From contig NZ_JAQNDL010000003.1 of NCBI RefSeq assembly GCF_028368995.1, positions 1,600,001 through 1,664,000 of the forward strand: a stretch of DNA of 64,000 nt, given 5' to 3'. A program made the translations under genes and the position numbers. Shown one piece after another: positions 19,208-29,136 of this stretch (the first letter of the stretch is position 1; each line of letters opens with the position of its first letter). The notes under the pieces are model-generated. The model was not told the DNA's origin and did not search any database. It worked only from the letters and a program-made list of their open reading frames with translations. Source of the stretch: Nannocystis bainbridge (GTDB lineage: Bacteria; Myxococcota_A; Polyangia; Nannocystales; Nannocystaceae).

Positions 19208-19280
19208 TCTTGTCAAAGGCGGGACTTGTCAAAGCCTTCGTCGCTCATCTCACCTTACTTGCTGGCGACTAGCAAGTTAT
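19208..19280. promoter_or_regulatory. Probable TetR promoter/operator
   Basis: AT-rich patch with inverted repeat ACTTGCTGG-CGA-CTAGCAAGT (19257-19277) and a direct repeat CTTGTCAAAG x2, just upstream of the tetR start. Confidence 0.5.
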
Positions 19281-19759
19281 AAAACAGCGCGCTCCGCGTC
19301 AAGTCCCCGGCGCCGGGCTCCTGCGGGGCTTTCGGGGTGCGACAGGGTGGGCCTGCCCATTCCCCTGGTGCCCGGCGCGGACAGGACGGCGAACGCAGGC
19401 GAGCGCGCGTCCGCGCGGGCGGCCCGGGGCGACGTTTGCGGCGAGTGATGCGATTTACGGCGCAAGTTCCACGGCTGAGTCCGTCGCCGAATCACCGGTC
19501 ATGGCGGCGGCGGGCCCGCCTCGACGCGAGTTGCGCAACGGCGGACCGTGGCGGCCGAATTGCGGCACTCCGGAGATCCGCGACTTCACCTCCGGCCCGC
19601 GCGATTCGCCCGCAAGCGCCGCCGCGGTGCTTCGGGTCGGTGGCGCGGGGCGAGCCGCGGGCGGGCGCGTGATCATAGTTGCCGGCGTCACCCGTCGCTG
19701 TCGCCCGTCCGGGCTCGACGGTGTTTCGATTCCCTCTTCGACCCGGCCTCAGGTGAATC

Positions 19760-20332
19760 ATGTCACGAGACTTCGCCACAGCCTCGCTCGTATCCCTCCT
19801 CTCGCTCGTCCTCGCCGGCCCGACCGGCTGCAACGCCTCGAAGTCCGACGAGGTCGTGGCCGTCGCCGAGCTCGCCCCGCTCGGCGCCAGCGCCGTCGGC
19901 GGGACCGTCACCTTCACCGCGAAGAACGGCAAGATCCACGTCGAGGCGCGCATCGACGGCCTCCAGACCGGCGACCACGGGTTTCATATCCACGAGTTCG
20001 GCGACTGCTCGGCGCCCGACGGCAAGTCGGCGGGCGAGCACTTCAACCCCGATAGCAGCGATCACGGCGCGCCCAAGGCCCCGAAGCACCACGCCGGCGA
20101 CCTCGGCAACCTGGCCGGCGCGGGCAGCGGCAAGCAGACCACGCTCGACATGAACCTCGAAGGCTTCACCCTCGACACCGGCGCGCGGGGCATCCTCGGC
20201 CGCTCGGTGGTGGTCCACGCGGCGCCCGACGATTACACCTCACAGCCGGCCGGCAACTCGGGGGCGCGCATCGCCTGTGGCGTCATTCGCCCGCGCGGCG
20301 GCGACACCCAGCCGGTCACCGCGGCCAAATAG
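19760..20332 (+). CDS. sodC: Cu/Zn superoxide dismutase (lipoprotein)
   Basis: HGFHIHE.GDC, AGEHFNP, H..HAGDLGNL, GRSVVVHA..DDY.SQPAGNSGARIACGVI. Confidence 0.96.
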   Translation: MSRDFATASLVSLLSLVLAGPTGCNASKSDEVVAVAELAPLGASAVGGTVTFTAKNGKIHVEARIDGLQTGDHGFHIHEFGDCSAPDGKSAGEHFNPDSSDHGAPKAPKHHAGDLGNLAGAGSGKQTTLDMNLEGFTLDTGARGILGRSVVVHAAPDDYTSQPAGNSGARIACGVIRPRGGDTQPVTAAK

Positions 20333-20350
20333 CGGCAGCAGGAGGGCCCC

Positions 20351-20821
20351 ATGCAAAGCCCCGAGATCTACGAGCTGCTCGCGCGCGAGCACGAGGAGAT
20401 CGTCGAATTGCTGCACCACCTCGCGCCGGCCCGCGGCCGCATCGCCGCTGACCTCTTGATGCGCATCCGCCTCAAGCTGGTGCCGCACGCCCGCGCCGAG
20501 GAGGCGGTGCTCTACCGGCGCCTGGCCGAGGACCCACGCACCGCCGCGCAGGCCCGAGACAGCGCCGGCGAGCACGGCCAGGTCGACGCGCTGCTCGACG
20601 AGATGGCCGCCATGGTCCCGCGCGGCGACGCCTGGGCCGCCCGCGCCCGCGTGCTCGCCGACCTGGTCGGCCGTCACGTCGAGGACGAGCAGCGCCAGCT
20701 GTTCCCGCTGGCGCGCCGCGTGCTCGACCCGCAGGAGGCTCAGCGGCTCGGCGCCGCCTTCGAGACCGAGCGCGACCGCGTATGGGCGTCCATCCTCGGC
20801 GAGCAGCGCGGCGCCGCGTGA
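20351..20821 (+). CDS. Hemerythrin (HHE cation-binding) domain protein
   Basis: EH..., H.RAEE.VLY, EH..V, HVEDEQ..LFP. Confidence 0.85.
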   Translation: MQSPEIYELLAREHEEIVELLHHLAPARGRIAADLLMRIRLKLVPHARAEEAVLYRRLAEDPRTAAQARDSAGEHGQVDALLDEMAAMVPRGDAWAARARVLADLVGRHVEDEQRQLFPLARRVLDPQEAQRLGAAFETERDRVWASILGEQRGAA

Positions 20822-20870
20822 CGCGACGAATGGCGCTTGACCATCGCGCGCATCCGGCAACATTCCGGGC

Positions 20871-22406
20871 ATGACGCGCGAACAATCCATGGAAGGTACG
20901 ATGTCTTCGTGGCAGGCCACCTGCGACCTGCCGAGCTTCGCCCCGCTCACGCAAGACATCGAGGCCGACGTGTGCATCGTCGGCGCCGGCATCGTCGGGC
21001 TGACGGCCGCGCTGCGGCTGGTCCGCGCCGGCCGTCGCGTCGTCGTCCTCGACAGCCAGCAGCCGGGCCGCGGCAACACCGGGCGGACCACGGCGCACCT
21101 GGCGAGCGCGCTCGACGACCGCTTCAGCGAGCTCGCCCGCGTGCACGGACTCGACGCCGCGCGCATGGCGTGGGAGAGCCACGCGACGGCCATCGATCTC
21201 ATCGCGGCGATCGCCAACGACGAGGCGATCGACTGCGAGTTCGCCCGCCGCGACGGCTACCTGTGGCTCGCGCCCGAGCACGACTCCGACATCCTCCGCC
21301 GCGAGCTCGAGACGGTCCACGCGTTCGGCTGGCGCGACGTGGAGGCGCTCGACGAGGCCCCGGTGTTCGGCGGCCCGTGCCTGCGCTTCCCCGGCCAGGC
21401 CCAGTTCCACCCGCTCAAGTACCTCGCCGGCCTGTGCGCCGCGCTGGTGCGCAGCGGCGTCGCTATCTTCGGCAACACCCGCGTCGAGGGCGTCGCCGGC
21501 GGCGAGGAGGTCGTCGTCACCACCGCGCAGGGCCACCGCGTGCGCAGCGGCGCCGCCATCGTCGCCACCTGCTCGCCGATCTGCGACCTGTTCGCGATCC
21601 ACAGCAAGCAGGCGTCCTACACCACCTATGCGATCGGCCTCGAGATCGCCGCCGGCATCGTCCCGCCCGGGCTCTACTGGGACACCGCGGACCCCTATCA
21701 TTACATCCGCCTCCAGCCCGGCGCGGACGGCCGCGACATCCTGATCGTCGGCGGCGAAGATCACAAGACCGGCCAGGCCGACGACGGCGAGCGCCGCTTC
21801 GACGCGCTCGAGGCGTGGACCCGCGCCCGCGTGCCGGCGGTGCAGCAGCGGCGGTACCAGTGGTCGGGCCAGGTGTTCGAGACGCTCGACGGCCTGGCCC
21901 ACATCGGCCCCGATCCGGGCGGCGCCGCCAACGTCTACATCGCCACCGGCGACTCCGGCATGGGCATGACGCACGGGACGATCGCCGCGATGATGCTGTC
22001 TGCCCGGATCTGCGGCGAGGCCAGCGAATGGCAGCAGCTCTACGCCCCCGGCCGGCACCCGCTGCGGGCCGCCGGCGAGTTCCTGCGCGAGAACGCCAAC
22101 GTCGCCGCGCAGTACGCCGATTGGCTGCGCCCCGGCGAGGTCTCGTCGGTCGCCGAGGTCGCCCCCGGCGCGGGCGCGATCCTCCGCTCGGGCCTGTCGC
22201 GCATCGCCGTGTACCGCGAGGACACCGGCGAGCTGCACGCCTGCAACGCCGCCTGCCCCCACCTGCTCGGCTCGGTGGCGTGGAATCACCTCGAGAAGAC
22301 CTGGGATTGCCCGTGTCACGGCTCACGCTTCGATCGCCGCGGAGAGGTGATCGCCGGCCCGGCCCACACCGGCCTGCGCGTGGTCGACCCGCGCACGCTG
22401 CGGTGA
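20871..22406 (+). CDS. FAD-dependent oxidoreductase with C-terminal Rieske 2Fe-2S domain (YhfW-like)
   Basis: IVGAGIVG, TGRTTAHL, QAQFHPLKY, GGEDHKTG, GMGMTHG, Rieske CPH...WDCPCHGSRF. Confidence 0.93.
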   Translation: MTREQSMEGTMSSWQATCDLPSFAPLTQDIEADVCIVGAGIVGLTAALRLVRAGRRVVVLDSQQPGRGNTGRTTAHLASALDDRFSELARVHGLDAARMAWESHATAIDLIAAIANDEAIDCEFARRDGYLWLAPEHDSDILRRELETVHAFGWRDVEALDEAPVFGGPCLRFPGQAQFHPLKYLAGLCAALVRSGVAIFGNTRVEGVAGGEEVVVTTAQGHRVRSGAAIVATCSPICDLFAIHSKQASYTTYAIGLEIAAGIVPPGLYWDTADPYHYIRLQPGADGRDILIVGGEDHKTGQADDGERRFDALEAWTRARVPAVQQRRYQWSGQVFETLDGLAHIGPDPGGAANVYIATGDSGMGMTHGTIAAMMLSARICGEASEWQQLYAPGRHPLRAAGEFLRENANVAAQYADWLRPGEVSSVAEVAPGAGAILRSGLSRIAVYREDTGELHACNAACPHLLGSVAWNHLEKTWDCPCHGSRFDRRGEVIAGPAHTGLRVVDPRTLR

Positions 22407-22461
22407 TTGAGAGCATTCGCGGCACCCGTCGCCGCGCCCCGCGATTCATGGCACCGCTCGT

Positions 22462-24519
22462 TCAGCGCGGCGGGGCCACGGCGGGGCGCGGCTCGTGGGC
22501 CTTCGTCCGCGGCGCTCGCGTCTCGCGGGCCACCCGGGCGAACTTCGACATCGCGTGGTCGAGGCGGGCCAGCCCGCGCAGGGCCGGGTCCGACGCATCG
22601 GCGGACCCCATGGCTCGCGGCGCGGCCGGGGGCCGACCGGCGGCCAGGTCGTCGGCGAGGCCGCGGGCGCGGTCCGCCAGGCGCAGCGCGACCGCGTGCG
22701 CGCGGGCGATCGCCACCTCGTCGAGCGCGCGTGGGTCGAACAGCAGCAGCGGCCGCGCGTGGAAGCACACCGTCGCGAACGCGAAGAACAGCCGGCTCGT
22801 CTCGCGGCCGGCCCGCAGCGACACCGCCCCGGCGGCGTTCTGCACCTCCGTCCGCACGTCTCGCAGCTTGCGGTCGAGCGCGCGGGCGGCCGCGCGCCGG
22901 CTCGCGCGCTCGGGCCCCGGCAATGTGTAGACCACCGCCAGGTCGTCGGCGAGCAGGCCCAGCGCTTCGACCATGAGGGCGCGGATCGTCGCGCGCGTCG
23001 ACACCGGGAACACCAGCATCGCCACCGCCGCGCCGACGCTGGCCCCGACCAGCGTCTCGATCACCCGCAGATACAGCAGCTCGTCGGAGAACAGCCCGAG
23101 CAGGCTGTAGAGCACCGCGATCAGCGTCGTCAGGGCCGCCACCATCCATGTGTAGGCGAACTGCAGCGTGTAATAGGCGACGAACATGCACACGAACAGG
23201 ACCCCCAGCTCGAGCCCGACCATGCCCTGGATCGCGTGCGCCACCAGCAGGCCGACGATCACCCCGACGATCGTGCCGATCGCCCGCTGCCACGCGCGCA
23301 CCAGCACCGCGCCGCGGGTGTTGGCGCGGCTGAACACCATGAACGCCGCCATCACCGCCCAGTAAGCCCGCTCGCTGGCGATCGCGTGCCCGGCCGCCAG
23401 CGCCAGCCCGGCCGCCAGAGTCGCCTGCGCCGCCTGTCTCAAAGACCAGGTCCACGTCGGCCTCGGCGTCGGCGCGGCCGGCCCGGGCTCGTCGCTCCCG
23501 CGCGGGCTCGGCACGCGCGCGTCGAGCTGCAGCGCCGCCAGCAGCGAGCGCAGCGCCTTCTCGAGCTCGCAGCTCGCGCGCGTCGCCCTCGTCAGCGCCG
23601 CGATCGCCTGGCCCGCCGCCGCCGGGTCGCCCGCGTGCACCGCCGCGCGCGCGGCCATCAACGCCGCCGCTGCGGCCTCGCGCGCCGGCGGTCCGAGCAC
23701 GGTCGCCGCCACCGCCGCCGCCGCGACCTCCTGCAGCCCGAGCTCGAGCGCGAACACCTGCTCGCGCAGCGCCGCCGACGTCGGGCTCGCCGGATCGACG
23801 CGATCGATCTGCTCGTCGATCGCCAGCGCCGACTCGTTGATCGCCCCCAGCGTGCGCCGCAGCGCCCGGATCGCCCGCGGCCCCTCGCGGCCCTCGGCGA
23901 CGATCGCCGCCAGCTGCCGCAGCGCCACCGCGATCGTGCGCCGCAGCGCCGCCAGGCGCAGCCGCAGCCGCGTCTCCGGCCGCTCGCGCACCACCCAGAA
24001 GCGCGCCGCGTAGCCCAGCGCCGCGGCGATGCCGACGCTCGTGAGCATCAGCGGCAGGCGGCTCGGCGCGGCGCGGAAGAACAGGGCGAAGAAGTAGGCG
24101 AGGAATGCGATCATCCCGAGCGCCAGCCCGCGCGGGCCGAACCGCCGCACCAGCACCGCGACGAACGCGATCGCCAGGAACAGCCCGTCGCGCAGCCACG
24201 CGTGGCCGTGGACCAGCGAGCCGAGCACCAGCGCCGCGCAGGCCACCGGCGCCACCAGGGCGGTCGTGATCCGCTGGGCCCGCGGGCTCGGATCGTTGAC
24301 CACCGCCAATCCCATCACCGCCACGTTGATGCCGACCAGGGCGACGCTGGTCGGCTGGCCGAGCGCGCTCGCCAGCCAGTGCAGCAGCGCCGCCGCGGCG
24401 ATCGCCGTCAAGGTCACGCGCGCGGCCTGCCGCAGGCGCACGAGCTCGGCGTCGGCGATGACCACGACGTCGGCGAGGTGGGCCGCATCGAACCCGCGCC
24501 CGGTGTCCGCCTGCGCCAT
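22462..24519 (-). CDS. FUSC-family membrane protein
   Basis: Two TM bundles; RQAAQ...YWAV...RA.QR.IGT.VG...R..ETLVG. Confidence 0.88.
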   Translation of the reverse strand: MAQADTGRGFDAAHLADVVVIADAELVRLRQAARVTLTAIAAAALLHWLASALGQPTSVALVGINVAVMGLAVVNDPSPRAQRITTALVAPVACAALVLGSLVHGHAWLRDGLFLAIAFVAVLVRRFGPRGLALGMIAFLAYFFALFFRAAPSRLPLMLTSVGIAAALGYAARFWVVRERPETRLRLRLAALRRTIAVALRQLAAIVAEGREGPRAIRALRRTLGAINESALAIDEQIDRVDPASPTSAALREQVFALELGLQEVAAAAVAATVLGPPAREAAAAALMAARAAVHAGDPAAAGQAIAALTRATRASCELEKALRSLLAALQLDARVPSPRGSDEPGPAAPTPRPTWTWSLRQAAQATLAAGLALAAGHAIASERAYWAVMAAFMVFSRANTRGAVLVRAWQRAIGTIVGVIVGLLVAHAIQGMVGLELGVLFVCMFVAYYTLQFAYTWMVAALTTLIAVLYSLLGLFSDELLYLRVIETLVGASVGAAVAMLVFPVSTRATIRALMVEALGLLADDLAVVYTLPGPERASRRAAARALDRKLRDVRTEVQNAAGAVSLRAGRETSRLFFAFATVCFHARPLLLFDPRALDEVAIARAHAVALRLADRARGLADDLAAGRPPAAPRAMGSADASDPALRGLARLDHAMSKFARVARETRAPRTKAHEPRPAVAPPR

Positions 24520-24645
24520 GGCCGGGTCGATCTAGGGCCCGAGGCGCCCGTGCGCAACCCGGACCCGCGCGCCGGCCGCGACGCCGGACGCGGCCCCGCT
24601 GCCCGGCCGTGCCCCGCTGCCCGGCGCAGGTCGCGGCCGTGACGC

Positions 24646-24745
24646 CCGCTTCAAGGACATGTTCTCACGAACATGCCTCATCGAGCATGACCCAATGCAC
24701 ATGCCCGTTACGACATGCCCCGTAGAACATGTTCATTCGAACATC
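24646..24745. repeat. Tandem array of a degenerate 14-bp palindrome (TG-N10-CA)
   Basis: Units from 24660: TGTTCTCACGAACA, TGCCTCATCGAGCA, TGACCCAATGCACA, TGCCCGTTACGACA, TGCCCCGTAGAACA, TGTTCATTCGAACA. CAT recurs at 24658, 24672, 24686, 24700, 24714, 24728 and 24742. Confidence 0.9.
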
Positions 24746-25312
24746 TCACTCGGCCGGTCGGTACAGCACGTCGGTGCGTAGCACGAACTTCTCGCCGCGC
24801 TTCACCTCGCAGGCGCGGTGCAGCACCCGGTGCTGGAACAGCAGCGCGCGGCCGGTCTGCGGCGTCACGACGGCGTCGAGCTCGACAAAATCGGTGGCCC
24901 CGCCCTCGAAGCCCTCGTTCAAATAAAACACCAGCGTCAGCAGGCTGCGCACCCCGTCGGCGAGCTCGACGATCGTGTCCCAGTGGGCCCCGTGGCGCTC
25001 GCCGGGCCCGTAGCGGTACAGCCGCAGCCGCGGGTTGGCGCCCGCCAGCACCTGCCCCGACAGCCGCGTCGGCACCTGCGCGCGCACCCGGTCGAGCAGC
25101 GCCTCCGCCTCGTCGGCGTCGTCCCACATCACCCGGGTGTTGTTGCGGGTCTCCGGCTCGACCACCGGCCCGCCGCCGGCCCCGACGATCGGCGCCACCT
25201 CGGCCTGGCCCGCGCGCATCCTCGCCACGTACCCCGCGCAATCGTCCGCCGAGAGCGCCCCGTCGACGGTCCAGTGCAGCGGGCAGGTGAGGTCGAGGAA
25301 GCCGGCGTACAT
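24746..25312 (-). CDS. 2OG-Fe(II) oxygenase (prolyl-hydroxylase-like)
   Basis: R.YRY.PG....HWD, TLVFYLNEGFEGGAT.F, LH....V.RGEK.VLRTD. Alternative start at 25330. Confidence 0.9.
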   Translation of the reverse strand: MYAGFLDLTCPLHWTVDGALSADDCAGYVARMRAGQAEVAPIVGAGGGPVVEPETRNNTRVMWDDADEAEALLDRVRAQVPTRLSGQVLAGANPRLRLYRYGPGERHGAHWDTIVELADGVRSLLTLVFYLNEGFEGGATDFVELDAVVTPQTGRALLFQHRVLHRACEVKRGEKFVLRTDVLYRPAE

Positions 25313-25531
25313 CGCCGGGGATCGTAGCATCCTGGCCGCCCGCGCTACCGGCTCGATCGCGCTCCTCCGTGGCGACCGTGCCCGCGACGTCCGGCGCTTC
25401 TCCAGTGCCGCTTTGGCACCGCCAGGACGGCGCCCGCGTCACGATGGCCTGCCACCCGGTCGCGCCAACATGCGATCTCTTGCGGCTGGCCCCGGCCGTG
25501 CGCTGGCACGCCCTGTGCTCGGTCTTTCCGC

Positions 25532-27364
25532 ATGGCCGGATCCATGAGTCTCGCATTCGCCACCAGTTGGGCCCGAGCCGGCATCGCTGCATGGGGGCTG
25601 GTGCTCGGAGGGTGCGGCGCGGCGGCCGACTTGTCGGTCGGCCCGACGCCGTCGACCGTCGCTGCACCGGTCAAGGAAGTCGGCGAGGCGCGGGCCGCTG
25701 TCACGGTCGGCGGACGCCTGCGCGCTCACGACGGCCGGCCGTTGCGGGCGGCCGAGTTCACGATTCAGCGCATGGGTTTCATCGAGCCGACCGCGAAGGG
25801 GACGCTGGCGGAGGACGGCAGCTTCCGCGTCGAGGTCGAGCCCGGCATCTACATGTTCAGCATCGCCGCGATCGATCACGCAGGATTCGCGCAGACGATC
25901 CTGGTCGAACGTGCTGTCGAGGTCCGCGGCAACCTCGGCACCTACAAGCGCGCCGACCCCGGCGACGCGCTGCTGCTGAGGACCGAGCTGCTCGCGGCCG
26001 ACGGCAAACCGATCGCCACGGGCAACAAGACCGCCGTACGCGAGGCCGACGGCACCTACCGGCTCGATCTGTCGGACAAGCCGAAGCACGCCGTGAAGCT
26101 CCGCTATCAGCTCCGAGGCGGCAACGGGCGGACCTACAACGGCCCGCTCGCCGACACCTACGAGAGCGACGGCGGCGGCGACTACTGGTCGGTGGTCGCC
26201 CTCGCGGGTCGTGACGCGCTCGCGCTCGATCTCACCGCGCTGCCGCCCGCCGGAGAGGCAGCAGCGCTGACGTGGAGCGGTGAGCCGCCCGAGCTCCTCG
26301 CGCTGCGGGCGTACCGGGACCGCTGGCGTGTCCGTGAGGCACGGCTGCGCGACACCATGCTGCAAGAGGACGGCAAGATCCTCGCCCCGACCGAGAATGA
26401 GAAGGCGGCGATGGCCGCGCTCGCGGCCGAGGCCGACGCCGACGCCGACGCCGCCGAGTCCGCCGACGCACAGATGCTGCTGCGCCTCGCGCACCTCGAG
26501 CTGTTCACGGCGTACGACGACGACGCGGCCGCACGGACGCGCGCCGAGTGGCTCCTGGAGCGCGTCGTCCCGGATGATCCGCGCCTCGGACTGTTCAGGA
26601 ACGTGAACTCCCTGCTCGGTCGCGTGCTCCAGTCCGCCGACGCGGCATTCTCGGCGCGCGTCGAGGCGTGGTTCGGCCGCATGCAGGCCAACCCGGACCC
26701 GAACACGGCGCTTCGTGCGATCTCCTTCCTCATCCACCGCGCCGACCAGCGGAATGACGACGCGCGGATCGCCGAGCTGTACGCCCTCGCTCGCGGCCCC
26801 CGCTTCTCCGGCATGCACGAGCCGAAGTCCCTCGCGCAGCGCTTCGACCCCGACCGCATCCTTCAGCGGGGCAAACCATTCCCCGAATTCGAGTTCCCGG
26901 CGCTCGCCGCAGACGGCCGTCCGGTCACGCGAGCCGGGCGCGAGGGTCGGCTCTACCTCGTCGAATTCTGGGCGACCTGGTGCGCCCCTTGCGTGAGCGA
27001 GATACCGGGCCTGCACGCCGCATACGCGCACGTGAACGGCGCCAGGCCTGGAAAGGGCAAGGATGGCATGCGCCGGCTCGGGCCGGTCGAGCGGCCGAAG
27101 ATCGAGTTCGTGTTCGTCTCGCTCGACGAGAGCCCCGGCGATGTCGAAGCCTTCCGCGAGAAGCACTGGTCGATGCCGTGGACGCACGCATTCGTCGGAC
27201 GCGGGCGCGAGAAGGAGGTCATGGAGCGCTTCGGATTCTCCGGCGTCCCCACCGCGGTCCTCGTCGACGGCAACGGCACGATCGTCGAGGTCGGCGGTGC
27301 GCTCCGGCGCGAGCGCCTGCTGCCCACCCTCGAGCGGGCGCTGGAGCGATCGTCGGCCCGCTGA
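25532..27364 (+). CDS. Large lipoprotein with C-terminal TlpA/ResA thioredoxin domain
   Basis: Lipobox-like VLGGC; C-terminal LVEFWATWCAPC..EIP, VSLD, GVPT.VLVD..G.I. Confidence 0.85.
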   Translation: MAGSMSLAFATSWARAGIAAWGLVLGGCGAAADLSVGPTPSTVAAPVKEVGEARAAVTVGGRLRAHDGRPLRAAEFTIQRMGFIEPTAKGTLAEDGSFRVEVEPGIYMFSIAAIDHAGFAQTILVERAVEVRGNLGTYKRADPGDALLLRTELLAADGKPIATGNKTAVREADGTYRLDLSDKPKHAVKLRYQLRGGNGRTYNGPLADTYESDGGGDYWSVVALAGRDALALDLTALPPAGEAAALTWSGEPPELLALRAYRDRWRVREARLRDTMLQEDGKILAPTENEKAAMAALAAEADADADAAESADAQMLLRLAHLELFTAYDDDAAARTRAEWLLERVVPDDPRLGLFRNVNSLLGRVLQSADAAFSARVEAWFGRMQANPDPNTALRAISFLIHRADQRNDDARIAELYALARGPRFSGMHEPKSLAQRFDPDRILQRGKPFPEFEFPALAADGRPVTRAGREGRLYLVEFWATWCAPCVSEIPGLHAAYAHVNGARPGKGKDGMRRLGPVERPKIEFVFVSLDESPGDVEAFREKHWSMPWTHAFVGRGREKEVMERFGFSGVPTAVLVDGNGTIVEVGGALRRERLLPTLERALERSSAR

Positions 27365-27564
27365 CGATCGTGTGCCCCTCACGGCCGAGCTCGACGCATG
27401 GCGAGCCCGACCGTGAATGCGAGCAGCGCGAACCGCGAGGTCGCCCCTGCCGAGCCCGCCGGGACCGCCCGCGCCGGCGCCCTGCGGACCCTCCGCGGGC
27501 ACGACCTTCGCCTGCCCCGCCGATCGACTCCATACATTGTTGCACTCCCACGAAAGGCCGGCGC

Positions 27565-28068
27565 ATGACCATGGGCATGAAGACGGTGATCGCGCTGTTC
27601 GACACGGCAGCCGACGCCAAGTACGCGGTCGACGCTCTGCTCCTCCGCAAGTACGACCACAGCGACATCAGCGTGGTCGCCAACGACCTCGCCACCCTTC
27701 ACGAGGCCCCGCCGCACGCCGGGCAGATCGCCGCGGGCGCCCTCAGCACCGTCCTCGGTCTGGCCGCGTTCGGCGTCCCCTACGCCGGCCCCGTGCTGGC
27801 CGCCGGCCCGATCCTCGGCGCGCTCGGCAGCGTCGGCGCCGAGGACGTCGACAAGAGCGACTGGCTGGCCCCCGCGCTCGTCAAGATGGGCATCCCCCAG
27901 GGCGAGGCCAGCAAGTTCTCCGAGGCCTTCAACCGCGGCGGTGCGGTCGTCACCGTGCGCACGCGGGAGATCGACGCTCCCAACATCGCCAGCTTGCTGG
28001 CCGCCTGCGGCGCCGTCGACGTCGACGAGCGCGTGCGCCCCGAGACCCGCCGGCGCTCGACCGGCTGA
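27565..28068 (+). CDS. General stress protein (YflT/17M-like)
   Basis: VIALFD....A..AV..L......DISVV, GPVLAAGP, L..MGIP..EA, GG.VV.V. Confidence 0.75.
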   Translation: MTMGMKTVIALFDTAADAKYAVDALLLRKYDHSDISVVANDLATLHEAPPHAGQIAAGALSTVLGLAAFGVPYAGPVLAAGPILGALGSVGAEDVDKSDWLAPALVKMGIPQGEASKFSEAFNRGGAVVTVRTREIDAPNIASLLAACGAVDVDERVRPETRRRSTG

Positions 28069-28092
28069 GCCACTCCCGCGCGTCTGCGCGAC

Positions 28093-28893
28093 TCAGGGCT
28101 GCGGCTCGCGGTGCGAGCGGTCGTACGGGAAGCGCTCGTCGTGCCGCTCGGCGCAGCGGACGAAGCAGCGGTGCCGCACCAGCTCGCGCCAGTCCGCGGG
28201 CGCCAGCCCGTCCTCGTCCGGCGGCCGCGAGGGGTCGGCGTCGACGTTGTAATGGAGCTCGCCGGCGATCGCATAATCGCGGCGGAGCGCCGTGCGCCAC
28301 TGTGAATTGCTGCCCCAGCCTTGCGACAGATCGTGCACCGGGCGATTGTTGCGAGCATACGCCCAATACAGCGTCGACCCCTCCGCGATGTCTTTGACGA
28401 GATGCCGCCGCCCGGCCGCCACATGACAGCCGGCGCGGGCGAACAGCAGCGGCCCCAGCATGTGCCCCGGCCACGCCTCGGCCAGCACCCCCGGCGGCGC
28501 GTCCTCGTCGGCGGCCTGCGCGACCGTCACGACCTCGTGGAAGAACGGGTGAAACTCGGCCTGCGTCACCCGCTCGAACCCGAACGCCGCCATGAACTCG
28601 GCGTAGGCCGCCGCGGGCACCGAGAGCTGCCAGCCGGCGTCGTGGCCCGCCCGGCGGGTGAAGCCGAGGCGCAGCAGCTCGCAGATCCGCCCCATCGCAT
28701 AGAGGCGCCAGCGGTCCTCGATCGCCATCGCCGGCACCGTCGTCGCCCGCACCGCCGCCAGCGCCGCGAACCACCGCCGCTCCTCCGCGTGCGCGCGGGC
28801 CCACGGCAGCACCACGTCCTCGGCCAGGCCCGATCCCTCGTAATCGAACATCGCCTGGTGAAGCTCGCGGTACGGCTCCTGATCGCGGTGCAT
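28093..28893 (-). CDS. Hypothetical protein
   Basis: Typical codon bias and a globular-looking sequence (FHPFFHEVV, WPG.MLG.L.F.RAG, DLS.GWGSNSQWRT..RRDY). Confidence 0.75.
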   Translation of the reverse strand: MHRDQEPYRELHQAMFDYEGSGLAEDVVLPWARAHAEERRWFAALAAVRATTVPAMAIEDRWRLYAMGRICELLRLGFTRRAGHDAGWQLSVPAAAYAEFMAAFGFERVTQAEFHPFFHEVVTVAQAADEDAPPGVLAEAWPGHMLGPLLFARAGCHVAAGRRHLVKDIAEGSTLYWAYARNNRPVHDLSQGWGSNSQWRTALRRDYAIAGELHYNVDADPSRPPDEDGLAPADWRELVRHRCFVRCAERHDERFPYDRSHREPQP

Positions 28894-29136
28894 CGCCGGC
28901 GAGCATACGCCCTCCGCCGCTCGCTCGCGCGGATCCTCGGCGCCGCGGCGGTTGCCCCGCGCCGATCTTCGCCGCGGTGACGTGGGTCATGCCATTCGCG
29001 GCCCGCGGTCCGCCGAACGCGGCGTCCCGGCCAGCCGCGTCCGCCGGGCCCGGGCGAACGCTTGCGGCGCCCGAATCCGCCGACATAGCCAGGGCTGCTC
29101 GCAATCGAGCGGGGCCGCCGCAGCGCCGGGACCATC

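Noticed and set aside
24646-24745. 14-bp arrays as a CRISPR array
   Set aside because: The period is only 14 bp, there is no 25-45-bp repeat/spacer structure, and no cas genes are in the window.
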